A DNA stretch of 64,000 bases from positions 186,001-250,000 of the forward strand of contig RHPI01002204.1 of assembly GCA_009103225.1 (NCBI GenBank), read 5' to 3'. Positions 1-10,270 of this stretch are shown piece after piece (the stretch's first letter is position 1; every line of letters starts with the position of its first letter). Origin of the DNA: Chlorokybus atmophyticus. Taxonomy: Eukaryota; Plantae; Mesostigma and Chlorokybus algae. The notes beneath the pieces are model-generated. The model was not told the DNA's origin. It saw only the letters and a list, made by a program, of their open reading frames with translations, and did not search any database. Both the position numbers and the translations under genes were made by a program.

Positions 1-555
1 CCTTCAGAATACATCATCAAGAATGTGCACTCCGAGGACGATAAGCGCCATCACGTGGCCAACAGCTTCCGACAGGGGTGTTCCATACTGGGACATCCTC
101 TCAAATCAACGCAGCGCGTCATGGCTTTCGTGCTCATCGCGTCCGCGCCAAGTGGACCAACCTGGCTACAGTCGAGGATCTCTCTGCTGCTGAATATATG
201 CACAGCAATCATCCACGCAATCTCACCATCAACGCTATCCTAAACCCTGGGCGCACAGCGCAACCATTCACGCGATCACCAGCACTTCTACCAGTGCGAC
301 TAGTTTGGTCAACCACGTCGTGCGCTCCCCACTCGGGCGTCTTGCCCAGGATCATACGCCTTTCGCAACTTAAGCGAAGGCATGGTGTTGAATTCCAACA
401 CAGGCCGATTGGAGGAACCCAACGCACGAGGGCGCGAACGCGCAATGGCATTGTCTCCAGGCAGTATCACAGGTTCCATGCTGACCGACAGTCAGCAATG
501 TCAATTGTTGGGACGCGCTGTGGACGAGAACAGCATGGTGTGGTTATTGGAAATA
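1..555 (+). pseudogene. C5 cytosine DNA methyltransferase catalytic domain, C-terminal half (retrotransposon-encoded, frameshifted; 5' part lies outside the window)
   Basis: Reading across two frameshifts and one stop gives motif VI 'YIIKNV' (ENV with E>K, nt 10-27). Motif VIII reads 'INAARHGFRAHRVRAKWTNLA' (compare DNMT3 'DAxxVSAAHRARYFWGNL'). It is followed by 'RRALPT', motif IX 'EEPNARGRERAM' and motif X 'QCQLLGRAVDENS', in the canonical order. Confidence 0.8.
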
Positions 556-842
556 TGCTTTGCTCTCCAGGACCGCCATGTGTCCTTTCAGGCGCTCGAA
601 CACCTGGCGGGGGGGTGGGCCGATCACGTGCGAGAGACCAAGGCAGCACACACCGCCCTCTATATAATCAGCCATATGGAGGAGTATGCAGCGGTCACTG
701 TGGAGAATATTCCAGTAGTCGCCAACGCTACCTCTTGGTCCCATGGCATTGGACCACTGGCTACAGGCCAGACGCGAGAACAACTTGAGGCTCTCCTTAA
801 CAAGTGGAGGAGTTCCGCTTTAGCGTGAAGGAAGGGCGTTTG

Positions 843-1268
843 TGTAGAGAGTCATTCCTACGTACGATCAGCATCGACCCTCCACACATGAGTAGAAGGT
901 CGTAAGGACGAGCACTAGGTCCGGACTTAGCAAGATGGCATCGTCGGACCAGACTCCGGACTCCAGACTGGAGCCTTACTAACTGCTTCGTATCTCCGCG
1001 TATACTTACTCATATTAGGCGTGTGAGAGCTTGTTGGAAAGCTCTGATTGTAAGGAAGACAACACAGCTTAGAGCGCGTCAAAAGGCTGAGTATAGCTTA
1101 CGCAGTGCTTGCAAACGTAGACGTGTGTGTAACTGGCTGGTATAAGAACCAGCGAACAACTTGTAATAGATTGAATGTGATGTGACTTGTGTATGCTCTG
1201 GTGGCGGTAGCTCTGTCTCTGTGCATCTATGCTTGCCTCAACTACATGTGCATGCTAGTCCTTCAACA
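843..1268 (+). repeat. Copia LTR 1 (426 bp)
   Basis: TGTAGAGAG...CTTCAACA, near-identical to 5327-5750 and 9832-10270, followed by the PBS. Confidence 0.93.
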
Positions 1269-1281
1269 GGTTATGGGCCCA
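1269..1281 (+). promoter_or_regulatory. Primer-binding site of the half-tRNAiMet type (second copy at 5751-5763)
   Basis: GGTTATGGGCCCA directly after the LTR. This matches the PBS type of copia/Ty5/Osser-like elements primed by the anticodon-stem region of initiator tRNA-Met (established knowledge). Confidence 0.8.
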
Positions 1282-1396
1282 CACTACGCTTGAGGAGTGT
1301 GAGACTAGCTTGTGTGCATAGTAGTTCTACACTACGGTAGCTTGTTGGTAGCAGAGCCTTGGGTGTCAACTGCAAGTGAAGGCAGGCACGACAAAG

Positions 1397-4300
1397 ATGG
1401 AGGCGATATACGACAAGGGGCAGATTGCAAAGCTGGACACCGACAACTACAACACATGGTGCGTGGAGATGAAGGCCTTGCTCATCCACAAGAAGGTGTG
1501 GAAGTACGCTGATCTGAAGGCACCACCACCAACACCAGGAGCGAACACTGTGTGGTCAGAGCATTCAGCAGAAGCACACTCTTTGCTTGTGTTGAACAGC
1601 AAACCGCATCACTTTCCCATGCTCACTGCATGTGAAGATGGTAGACAAGCTTGGGAAAAGCTATCAGCCGTTTTCAGAGCCAAGAACAATGCCAGAAAGT
1701 TGCATCTACGCAAGCAGCTCAGCGCACTCAGGAAGGAGGCAGCAGAACCCATCACGAAGTATGTTGCGCGCGCGAGAGAGCTGTGGGCGGACCTCATCAA
1801 CGTCGGCCACAACATGGGGGAGACGGAGGTAGTGCTGGCCATTGTTGCAGGGCTACCAGCAGAGTACGAGGTCGTCGCAACCCTGCTGGAGACGTCATCA
1901 TCGGAGTTGACGTTGGACGATGTGCTACCGAAGCTGCTCACCGTGGAGCAGAGGGTTGTGAAGAAGGACGAGCAAGCGGATGCCGTCGCCTTCTACACCG
2001 GCAAGCACGCAAAGAAGAGCAACCATGAAGAGAAGTACAAGGGCAACAAGCCAGGCAATCCTCGTCACAAAGACCTCACATGCCACTGATGTGGTTGGAA
2101 GGGACACATTGTGAAGGACTGTAGGAAGAAACAACAGGGGCAACCTAGAGCAAGCACCAGCAACAGCGGCAACGAGCACCAACACAAGGAGAAACATGTC
2201 GCCTTCACTGCATCCAGTTCGAGGGCGGGCACAGCTTTCTGGGTGGTGGACTCTGGCTGCGATCGTCATCTCACACCAAACAAGGAGGTGATGGAGGGCT
2301 ACAGGAAGCTGACGTCCACAATCAAGGTGGCGGGCTTCGGTGGCGAAGTACTGGTGGCTGAGGGAGTTGGCAACGTGCGACTCCAGTGCAAGGTTGGTAA
2401 CACACTACGCGAGGTGTTGTTACGCAACGTCCTGCATGTTCCTAAGGCTATTGCGAGTCTATTCTCTGTGAGGGTTGCGGAGCGCTTAGGCGCGGAGATC
2501 CTATTTCGGAAGGGTGGCTGCACAGTCATCCTTGATGGGGTCGTGCACATGGTTGGAATCACTGATCCGGGAGGGCTCTACCACGTGGAGCAGCCTCAAG
2601 ACAGAGACATTCAAGCCATGGTGGTGAAGGACAAGGAGTCGCCAACATTGTGGCATCGAAGGTTCGGGCATCTCAGCTACGTCAACCTCACTCGCCTTGT
2701 CGCTGAGAAGATGGTCAAGGGCATCCATCTCAGCACAGAAGAACTCAAGACAGCATCAGGTGCACTTTGTGAACCATGCCTGGTTGCAAAGCAGCATGCT
2801 ATGCCATTCCCATCATCCTCTTCTAGCAGTCAGCATCCTTGCGAGCTTGTGCACATGGATGTTTGTGGCCCTATGCGCATTGTGGCGAAAGGAGGGGCCA
2901 GGTACTTTGCTACATTCCTCGACGACTACAGCAAGCTGTCCCTCATCTTTCCATTGACGCTCAAGTCAGAAGTTGCTGGAGCTGTGCGCACAGTTGTGGC
3001 CTTGTTGGAGACCCAGTCTGGCAACAAGATGAAGGCAATGAGGAGTGATCGAGGAGGGGAGTACATCAACAAGGAGTTGAAGGAGTTCTTCGCCAGCAAG
3101 GGCATACGCCACGAGACAACGGCACCCTACACCCCGCAGCAGAATGGAGCAGCTGAACGCCTCAACAGGACACTCTTGGAGCGTGTTCGAGCCATGCTCA
3201 ACGACACAAAGATGGAAGACAGTTTGTGGAAGGAGGCGGTACTCACTGCCAACTACATCCGCAACAGGTCTCCGGTGAGCTCAGAGCAGAAGACTCCGTG
3301 GGAGCACTTCTATGGAGCCACACCAGATGTGAGTGGTATGCGTGTGTTTGGATGCACGGCATATGCACTAGTGCCTAAACAGCTCAGGCACAAGCTGGAG
3401 CCGGTCAGCAAGAAGGGCATCTTCGTTGGCTATGAACCGGGTTCCAAGGCTTACAGGATCTTGCTCGAGGACACTCAGAAGATCATCGTGAGCAGAGAGG
3501 TGGTTTTCCACGAGGGATTATCACAACCAGAAGCAGGCTTCTTTCCTGAAGATGAAGCACAGCCGGAGCATCCTGAAACAGTGGAGGCTACAGGCAAGGC
3601 CATCATCGACGATAAGGGTGAGCAGGACTCCACTGTAGCAGACAAGCAGTCGCACCTGCAGCAGGAGCACGCAGCTCGGAGATACCCAGTGAGGGAGAGA
3701 AAGGCACCTGACTTCCTACACAAGGCACACGTCGCCAGTGTGCAGAATGAGGAGCCAAGCACCTACGAGGAGGCATTGTTAGCACCAGATGCGGAGCAAT
3801 GGCAGCGTGCTATGGACGAGGAGATTGCGTCACTCCATGCCAACAACACTTGGTCACTGGAGCAGTTACCGCAAGGAGTGAAGACCATTCCAGTGAAATG
3901 GGTCTTCAAGGTGAAGCGTGATGGTCAGGGCAACATTGAGCGCTACAAGGCAAGACTGGTGGCAAAGGGCTTCTTGCAGCAGGAAGGTGTGGACTTCAAC
4001 GAAGTGTTTGCACCTGCAAGTAAGCATACCACCTTCCGTGCACTGCTAGCTATGGTTGCTGCTGAAGACCTAGAGCTGCATCACCTGGATGTGAAGACTG
4101 CCTTCCTCTACGGAGAGCTGGAGGAGGAGATCTTCATCGAGCAACCACCTGGATATGAAGAAGGGGAGAGAGGCACAGCGTGCAAGCTGATCAAGGCACT
4201 GTACGGGCTGCGACAGGCACCGCGTATGTGGCACATCAAGCTCACCAAGGAGCTGGAGGCACTTGGCTTCACCGCATCCTCTGCAGACCCTGGGCTCTTC

Positions 4301-5284
4301 ATCCATGCAGACAACAAGGTCTGGCTGCTCGTGTATGTTGATGATATCATCATCACCGCCAGGCAGGTGCACCACCTGCAGGAGACGAAACTTGCTCTAC
4401 AGCAAGCATTCTCAGTTCGTGATCTTGGAGAGGCCAAGTGGTTCCTTGGCATGGTGATTGAGCGCGACAGGGCGGCTCGCACAATCAAGATCAGTCAGGA
4501 GCAGATGGTGAGAAGACTCGTCACCAAGTTTGGGCTCACTGAAGCGAAGACCAAGACCACACCGTTGGCACTTGGCACTGCCCTCATCAAGGCAAAAGAT
4601 GAGGAGGTACTCGACAAGGCTCAGTATCCATATGGTGAGCTGGTAGGCAGCATGCTCTATCTGGCAGTGTGCACACGTCCCGATGTTGCACATGCTGTGG
4701 GAGTACTTGCTCGCTACATGTCTGCACCGAGCATGGAGCACTGGAGAGCAGCAAAGGGAGTACTACGCTATGTTGCTGGGAGCGCAACAGTTGGCATCAA
4801 GTTTGGGAGCGGGAGCACTGAGTTGGAGGGCTACTGCGACTCGGACTTTGCTGGTGACCTCAACAGCAGGAGGTCCACTACAGGCTACGTCTTCAAGCTG
4901 AACGGAGGCGTGGTGAGCTGGAACAGCAGGCTGCAGCCAACAACAGCAGCATCTACATCAGAGGCTGAGTACATGGCAGCGGCAGCAGCAGTGAAGGAGG
5001 CACTCTGGCTTCGCAAGCTCATGGCAGACTTGGAGCACCCCATGGCGTGCATCGTCATCAACTGTGACAACCAAGGAGCCATCAAGTTGTTGAAGCACCC
5101 TATCGCCTCGGCAAGGACGAAGCACATTGATGTCATGCATCACTTTGTGCGTGACAGAGTCACAAGGAAGGAGGTGGAGTTCCAGTACTGCAACACCGAG
5201 GGCATGCTGGCGGACTTCATGACAAAGCCATTGTCACCACTCAAGTTCAAGACTTGTTGTGCAGGACTTGGCATCTGTGTTTGA
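1397..5284 (+). CDS. Copia gag-pol polyprotein, unit 1 (single frame, one in-frame TGA at 2087-2089)
   Basis: Gag N-term 'NYNTWCVEMKALL', UBN2-like 'RKLHLRKQL', CCHC knuckle 'CH*CGWKGHIVKDC', protease 'WVVDSGC' and GAG-pre-integrase 'LWHRRFGH...CEPC'. Also integrase 'LVHMDVCG...RSDRGGEY...QQNGAAER', RT 'YKARLVAKG...LLVYVDD' and RNase H 'YCDSDFAG...EAEY...CDNQGA'. Pol is open for 1057 aa. Confidence 0.92.
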
Positions 5285-5326
5285 CTACAGGAGCAAGCGT
5301 TGGAGGTCAAGCTGCTCGCGTGGGAG

Positions 5327-5750
5327 TGTTGAGAGTATTCCTACATACGATCAGCATCGACCCTCCACACAGGAGTAGAAGGTCGTAAGGACGAGCACTA
5401 GGTCCGGACTTAGCAAGATGGCATCGTCGGACCAGACTCCGGACTCCAGACTGGAGCCTTACTAACTGCTTCGTATCTCCGCGTATACTTACTCATATTA
5501 GGCGTGTAAGAGCTTGTTGGAAAGCTCTGGTTGTAAGAAAGACAACGCAGCTTAGAGCGCGTCAAAAGGCTGAGTATAGCTTACGCAGTGCTTGCAAACG
5601 TAGACGTGTGTGTAACTGGCTGGTATAAGAACCAGCGGACAACTTGTAATAGATGAATGTGATGTGACTTGTGTATGCTCTGGTGGCGGTAGCTCTGTCT
5701 CTGTGTATCCATGCTTGCCTCAACTACATGTGCATGCTAGTCCTTCAACA
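5327..5750 (+). repeat. Copia LTR 2 (shared central LTR, 424 bp)
   Basis: Preceded by the PPT GTGGGAG and followed by the PBS GGTTATGGGCCC. Confidence 0.93.
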
Positions 5751-5877
5751 GGTTATGGGCCCACACTACGCTTGAGGAGTGTGAGACTAGCTTGTGTGCA
5801 TAGTAGTTCTACACTACGGTAGCTTGTTGGTAGCAGAGCCTTGGGTGTCAACTGCAAGAAAGGCAGGCTCGACAAAG

Positions 5878-8800
5878 ATGGAGGCGACCTACGACAAGGG
5901 GCAGATTGCAAAGCTGGACACCGACAACTACAACACATGGTGCGTGGAGATGAAGGCCTTGCTCATCCACAAGAAGGTGTGGAAGTACGTTGATCCGAAG
6001 GCACCACCACCAACACCAGGAGCGAACACTGTGTGGTCAGAGCATTCAGCAGAAGCACACTCTTTGCTTGTGTTGAACAGCAAACCGCATCACTTTCCCA
6101 TGCTCACTGCATGTGAAGATGGTAGACAAGCTTGGGAAAAGCTATCAGCCGTTTTCAGAGCCAAGAACAATGCCAGAAAGTTGCATCTACGCAAGCAGCT
6201 CAGCGCACTCAGGAAGGAGGCAGCAGAACCCATCACAAAGTATGTTGCGCGCGCGAGAGAGCTGTGGGCGGACCTCATCAACGTCGGCCACAACATGGGG
6301 GAGACGGAGGTAGTGCTGGCCATTGTTGCAGGGCTACCAGCAGAGTACGAGGTCGTCGCAACCCTGCTGGAGACGTCATCATCGGAGTTGACGTTGGACG
6401 ATGTGCTACCGAAGCTGCTCACCGTGGAGCAGAGGGTTGTGAAGAAGGACGAGCAAGCGGATGCCGTCGCCTTCTACACCGGCAAGCACGCAAAGAAGAG
6501 CAACCATGAAGAGAAGTACAAGGGCAACAAGCCAGGCAATCCTCGTCACAAAGACCTCACATGCCACTGATGTGGTTGGAAGGGACACATTGTGAAGGAC
6601 TGTAGGAAGAAACAACAGGGGCAACCTAGAGCAAGCACCAGCAACAGCGGCAACGAGCACCAACACAAGGAGAAACATGTCGCCTTCATTGCATCCAGTT
6701 TGAGGGCGGGCACAGCTTTCTGGGTGGTGGACTCTGGCTGCGATCGTCATCTCACACCAAACAAGGAGGTGATGGAGGGCTACAGGAAGCTGACGTCCAC
6801 AATCAAGGTGGCGGGCTTCGGTGGCGAAGTACTGGTGGCTGAGGGAGTTGGCAACGTACGACTCCAGTGCAAGGTTGGTAACACACTACGCGAGGTGTTG
6901 TTACGCAACGTCCTGCATGTTCCTAAGGCTATTGCGAGTCTATTCTCTGTGAGGGTTGCGGAGTGCTTAGGCGCGGAGATCCTATTTCGGAAGGGTGGCT
7001 GCACAGTCATCCTTGATGGGGTCGTGCACATGGTTGGAATCACTGATCCGGGAGGGCTCTACCACGTGGAGCAGCATCCTAAGGACATTGACATTCAAGC
7101 CATGGTGGTGAAGGACAAGGCATCGCCAACATTGTGGCATCGAAGGTTCGGGCATCTCAGCTACGTCAACCTCACTCGCCTTGTCGCTGAGAAGATGGTC
7201 AAGGGCATCCATCTCAGCACAGAGGAACTCAAGAATGCATAAGGTGCACTTTGTGAACCATGCCTGGTTGCAAAGCAGCATGCTATGCCATTCCCATCAT
7301 CCTCTTCTAGCAGTCAGCATCCTTGCGAGCTTGTGCACATGGATGTCTGTGGCCCTATGCGCATTGTGGCGAAGGGAGGGGCCAGGTACTTTGCTACATT
7401 CCTCGACGACTACAGCAAGCTGTCCATCATCTTTCCATTGACGCTCAAGTCAGAAGTTGCTGGAGCTGTGCGCACAGTCGTGGCCTTGTTAGAGACCCAG
7501 TCTGGCAACAAGATGAAGGCAATGAGGAGTGATCGAGGAGGGGAGTACATCAACAAAGAGTTGAAGGAGTTCTTCGCCAGCAAGGGCATACGCCACGAGA
7601 CAACGGCACCCTACACCCCGCAGCAGAATGGAGCAGCTAAACGCCTCAACAGAACACTCTTGGAGCGTGTTCGAGCCATGCTCAACGACACAAAGATGGA
7701 AGACAGTTTGTGGAAGGAGGCGGTACTCACTGCCAACTACTTCCGCAACAGGTCTCCGGTGAGCTCAGAGCAGAAGACGCCGTGGGAGCACTTCTATGGA
7801 GCCACACCAGATGTGAGTGGTATGCGTGTGCTTGGATGCACGGCATATGCACTAGTGCCTAAACAGCTCAGGCACAAGCTGGAGCCGGTCAGCAAGAAGG
7901 GCATCTTCGTTGGCTATGAACCGGATTCCAAGGCTTACAGGATCTTGCTCGAGGACACTCAGAAGATCATTGTGAGCAGAGAGGTGGTTTTCCACAAGGA
8001 TTATCACAACCAGAAGCAGGCTTCTTTCCTGAAGATGAAGCACAGCCGGAGCATTCTGAAACTGTGGAGGCTACAGGCAAGGCCATCATCAACAACAAGG
8101 GTGAGCAGGACTCAGCTGTAGCAGGCCAAGAGGAGCCGTACCAACAGCAGGAGCACGCAGCTCGGAGATACCCAGTGAGGGAGAGAAAGGCACCTGACTT
8201 CTTACACAAGGCACACGTCGCCAGTGTGCAGAACGAGGAGCCAAGCACCTACGAGGAGGCATTTTCAGCACCAGATGCGGAGCAATGGCAGCGTGCTATG
8301 GACGAGGAGATTGCGTCACTCCATGCCAACAACACTTGGTCACTGGAGCAGTCACCGCAAGGAGTGAAGACCATTCCATTGAAATGGGTCTTCAAGGTGA
8401 AGCGTGATGGTCATGGCAACATTGAGCGCTACAAGGCAAGATTGGTGGCAAAGGGCTTCTTGCAGCAGGAAGGTGTGGACTTCAACGAAGTGTTTGCACC
8501 TGCAAGTAAGCATACCACCTTCCGTGCACTGCTAGCTATGGTTGCTGCTGAAGACCTAGAGCTGCATCACCTGGATGTGAAGACTGCCTTCCTCTACGGA
8601 GAGCTGGAGGAGGAGATCTTCATCGAGCAACCACCTGGATATGAAGAAGGGGAGAGAGGCACAGCGTGCAAGCTGAGGCACAGCGTGCAAGCTGATCAAG
8701 GCACTGTACGGGCTGCGACAGGCACCGCGTATGTGGCACATCAAGCTCACCAAGGAGCTTGAGGCACTTGGCTTCACCGCATCCTCTGCAGACCCTGGGA

Positions 8801-9789
8801 TCTTCATCCATGCAGACAACAAGGTCTGGCTGCTCGTGTATGTTGATGATATCATCATCACCGCCAGGCAGGTGCACCACCTGCAGGAGACGAAACTTGC
8901 TCTACAGCAAGCATTCTCAGTTCGTGATCTTGGAGAGGCCAAGTGGTTCCTTGGCATGGTGATTGAGCGCGACAGGGCGGCTCGCACAATCAAGATCAGT
9001 CAGGAGCAGATGGTGAGAAGACTCATCACCAAGTTTGGGCTCATTGAAGTGAAGACCAAGACCACACCGTTGGCACTTGGCACTGCCCTCATCGAGGCCA
9101 AGGATGAGGAGGTACTCGACAAGGCTCAGTATCCATATGGTGAGCTGGTAGGCAGCATGCTCTATCTGGCAGTGTGCACACGTCCCGATGTTGCGCATGC
9201 TGTGGGAGTACTTGCTCGCTATATGTCTGCACCGAGCATGGAGCACTGGAGAGCAGCAAAGGGAGTACATCGCTATGTTGCTGGGAGCGCAACAGTTGGC
9301 ATCAAGTTTGGGAGCGGGAGCACTGAGTTGGAGGGCTACTGCGACTCGGACTTTGCTGGTGACCTCAACAGCAGGAGGTCCACTACGGGCTACGTCTTCA
9401 AGCTGAACGGAGGCGTGGTGAGCTGGAACAGCAGGCTGCAGCCAACAACAGCAGCATCTACATCAGAGGCTGAGTACATGGCAGCGGCAGCAGCAGTGAA
9501 GGAGGCACTCTGGCTTCGCAAGCTCATGGCAGACTTGGAGCACCCCATGGCGTGCATCGTCATCAACTGTGACAACCAAGGAGCCATTAAGTTGTTGAAG
9601 CACCCTATCGCCTCGGCAAGGACGAAGCACATTGATGTCATGCATCACTTTGTGCGTGACAGAGTCACAAGGAAGGAGGTGGAGTTCCAGTACTGCAACA
9701 CCGAGGGCATGCTGGCGGACTTCATGACAAAGCCATTGTCACCGCTCAAGTTCAAGACTTGTTGCGCAGGACTTGGCATTTGTGTTTGA
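5878..9789 (+). pseudogene. Copia gag-pol, unit 2 (degenerate)
   Basis: Same domains as unit 1 and the same TGA in the knuckle (6568-6570). It also has a TCA>TAA stop at 7240-7242, a deletion frameshift near 7995 and a roughly 20-bp duplication frameshift near 8675. Confidence 0.92.
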
Positions 9790-9831
9790 CTACAGGAGCA
9801 AGCATTGGAGGTCAAGCTGCTCGCGTGGGAG

Positions 9832-10270
9832 TGTTGAGAGTCATTCCTACATACGATCAGCATCGACCCTCCACACAGGAGTAGAAGGTCGCAAGGATGA
9901 GCACTAGGTCCGGACTTAGCAAGATGGCGTCGTCGGACCAGACTCCGGACTCCAGACTCCAGACTGGAGCCTTACTAACTGCTTCGTATCTCCGCGTATA
10001 CTTACTCATATTAGGCGTGTAAGAGCTTGTTGGAAAGCTCTGGTTGTAAGGAATCTAAAGACAACACAGCTTAAAGCGCGTCAAAAGGCTGAGTATAGCT
10101 TATGCAGTGCTTGCAAACGTAGACGTGTGTGTAACTGGCTGGTATAAGAACCAGCGAACAACTTGTAATAGATTGAATGTGATGTGACTTGTGTATGCTC
10201 TGGTGGCGGTAGCTCTGTCTCTGTGCATCTATGCTTGCCTCAACTACATGTGCATGCTAGTCCTTCAACA
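9832..10270 (+). repeat. Copia LTR 3 (439 bp)
   Basis: TGTTGAGAG...CTTCAACA after the PPT. Small insertions relative to LTR1/2. Not followed by a PBS. Confidence 0.93.

Larger units (their letters stand above)
843..10270 (+). mobile_element. Tandem Ty1/Copia LTR retrotransposon (LTR-internal-LTR-internal-LTR) as a single insertion
   Basis: Three TG...CA LTRs and two gag-PR-IN-RT-RH internal regions. Flanks are GTTTG (838-842) and GTCTG (10271-10275), a 5-bp TSD with one mismatch. Confidence 0.93.

Noticed and set aside
1609-9863. Many antisense and alternate-frame ORFs over the Copia units
   Set aside because: They are shadow ORFs of the gag-pol frame, duplicated only because the element is duplicated.
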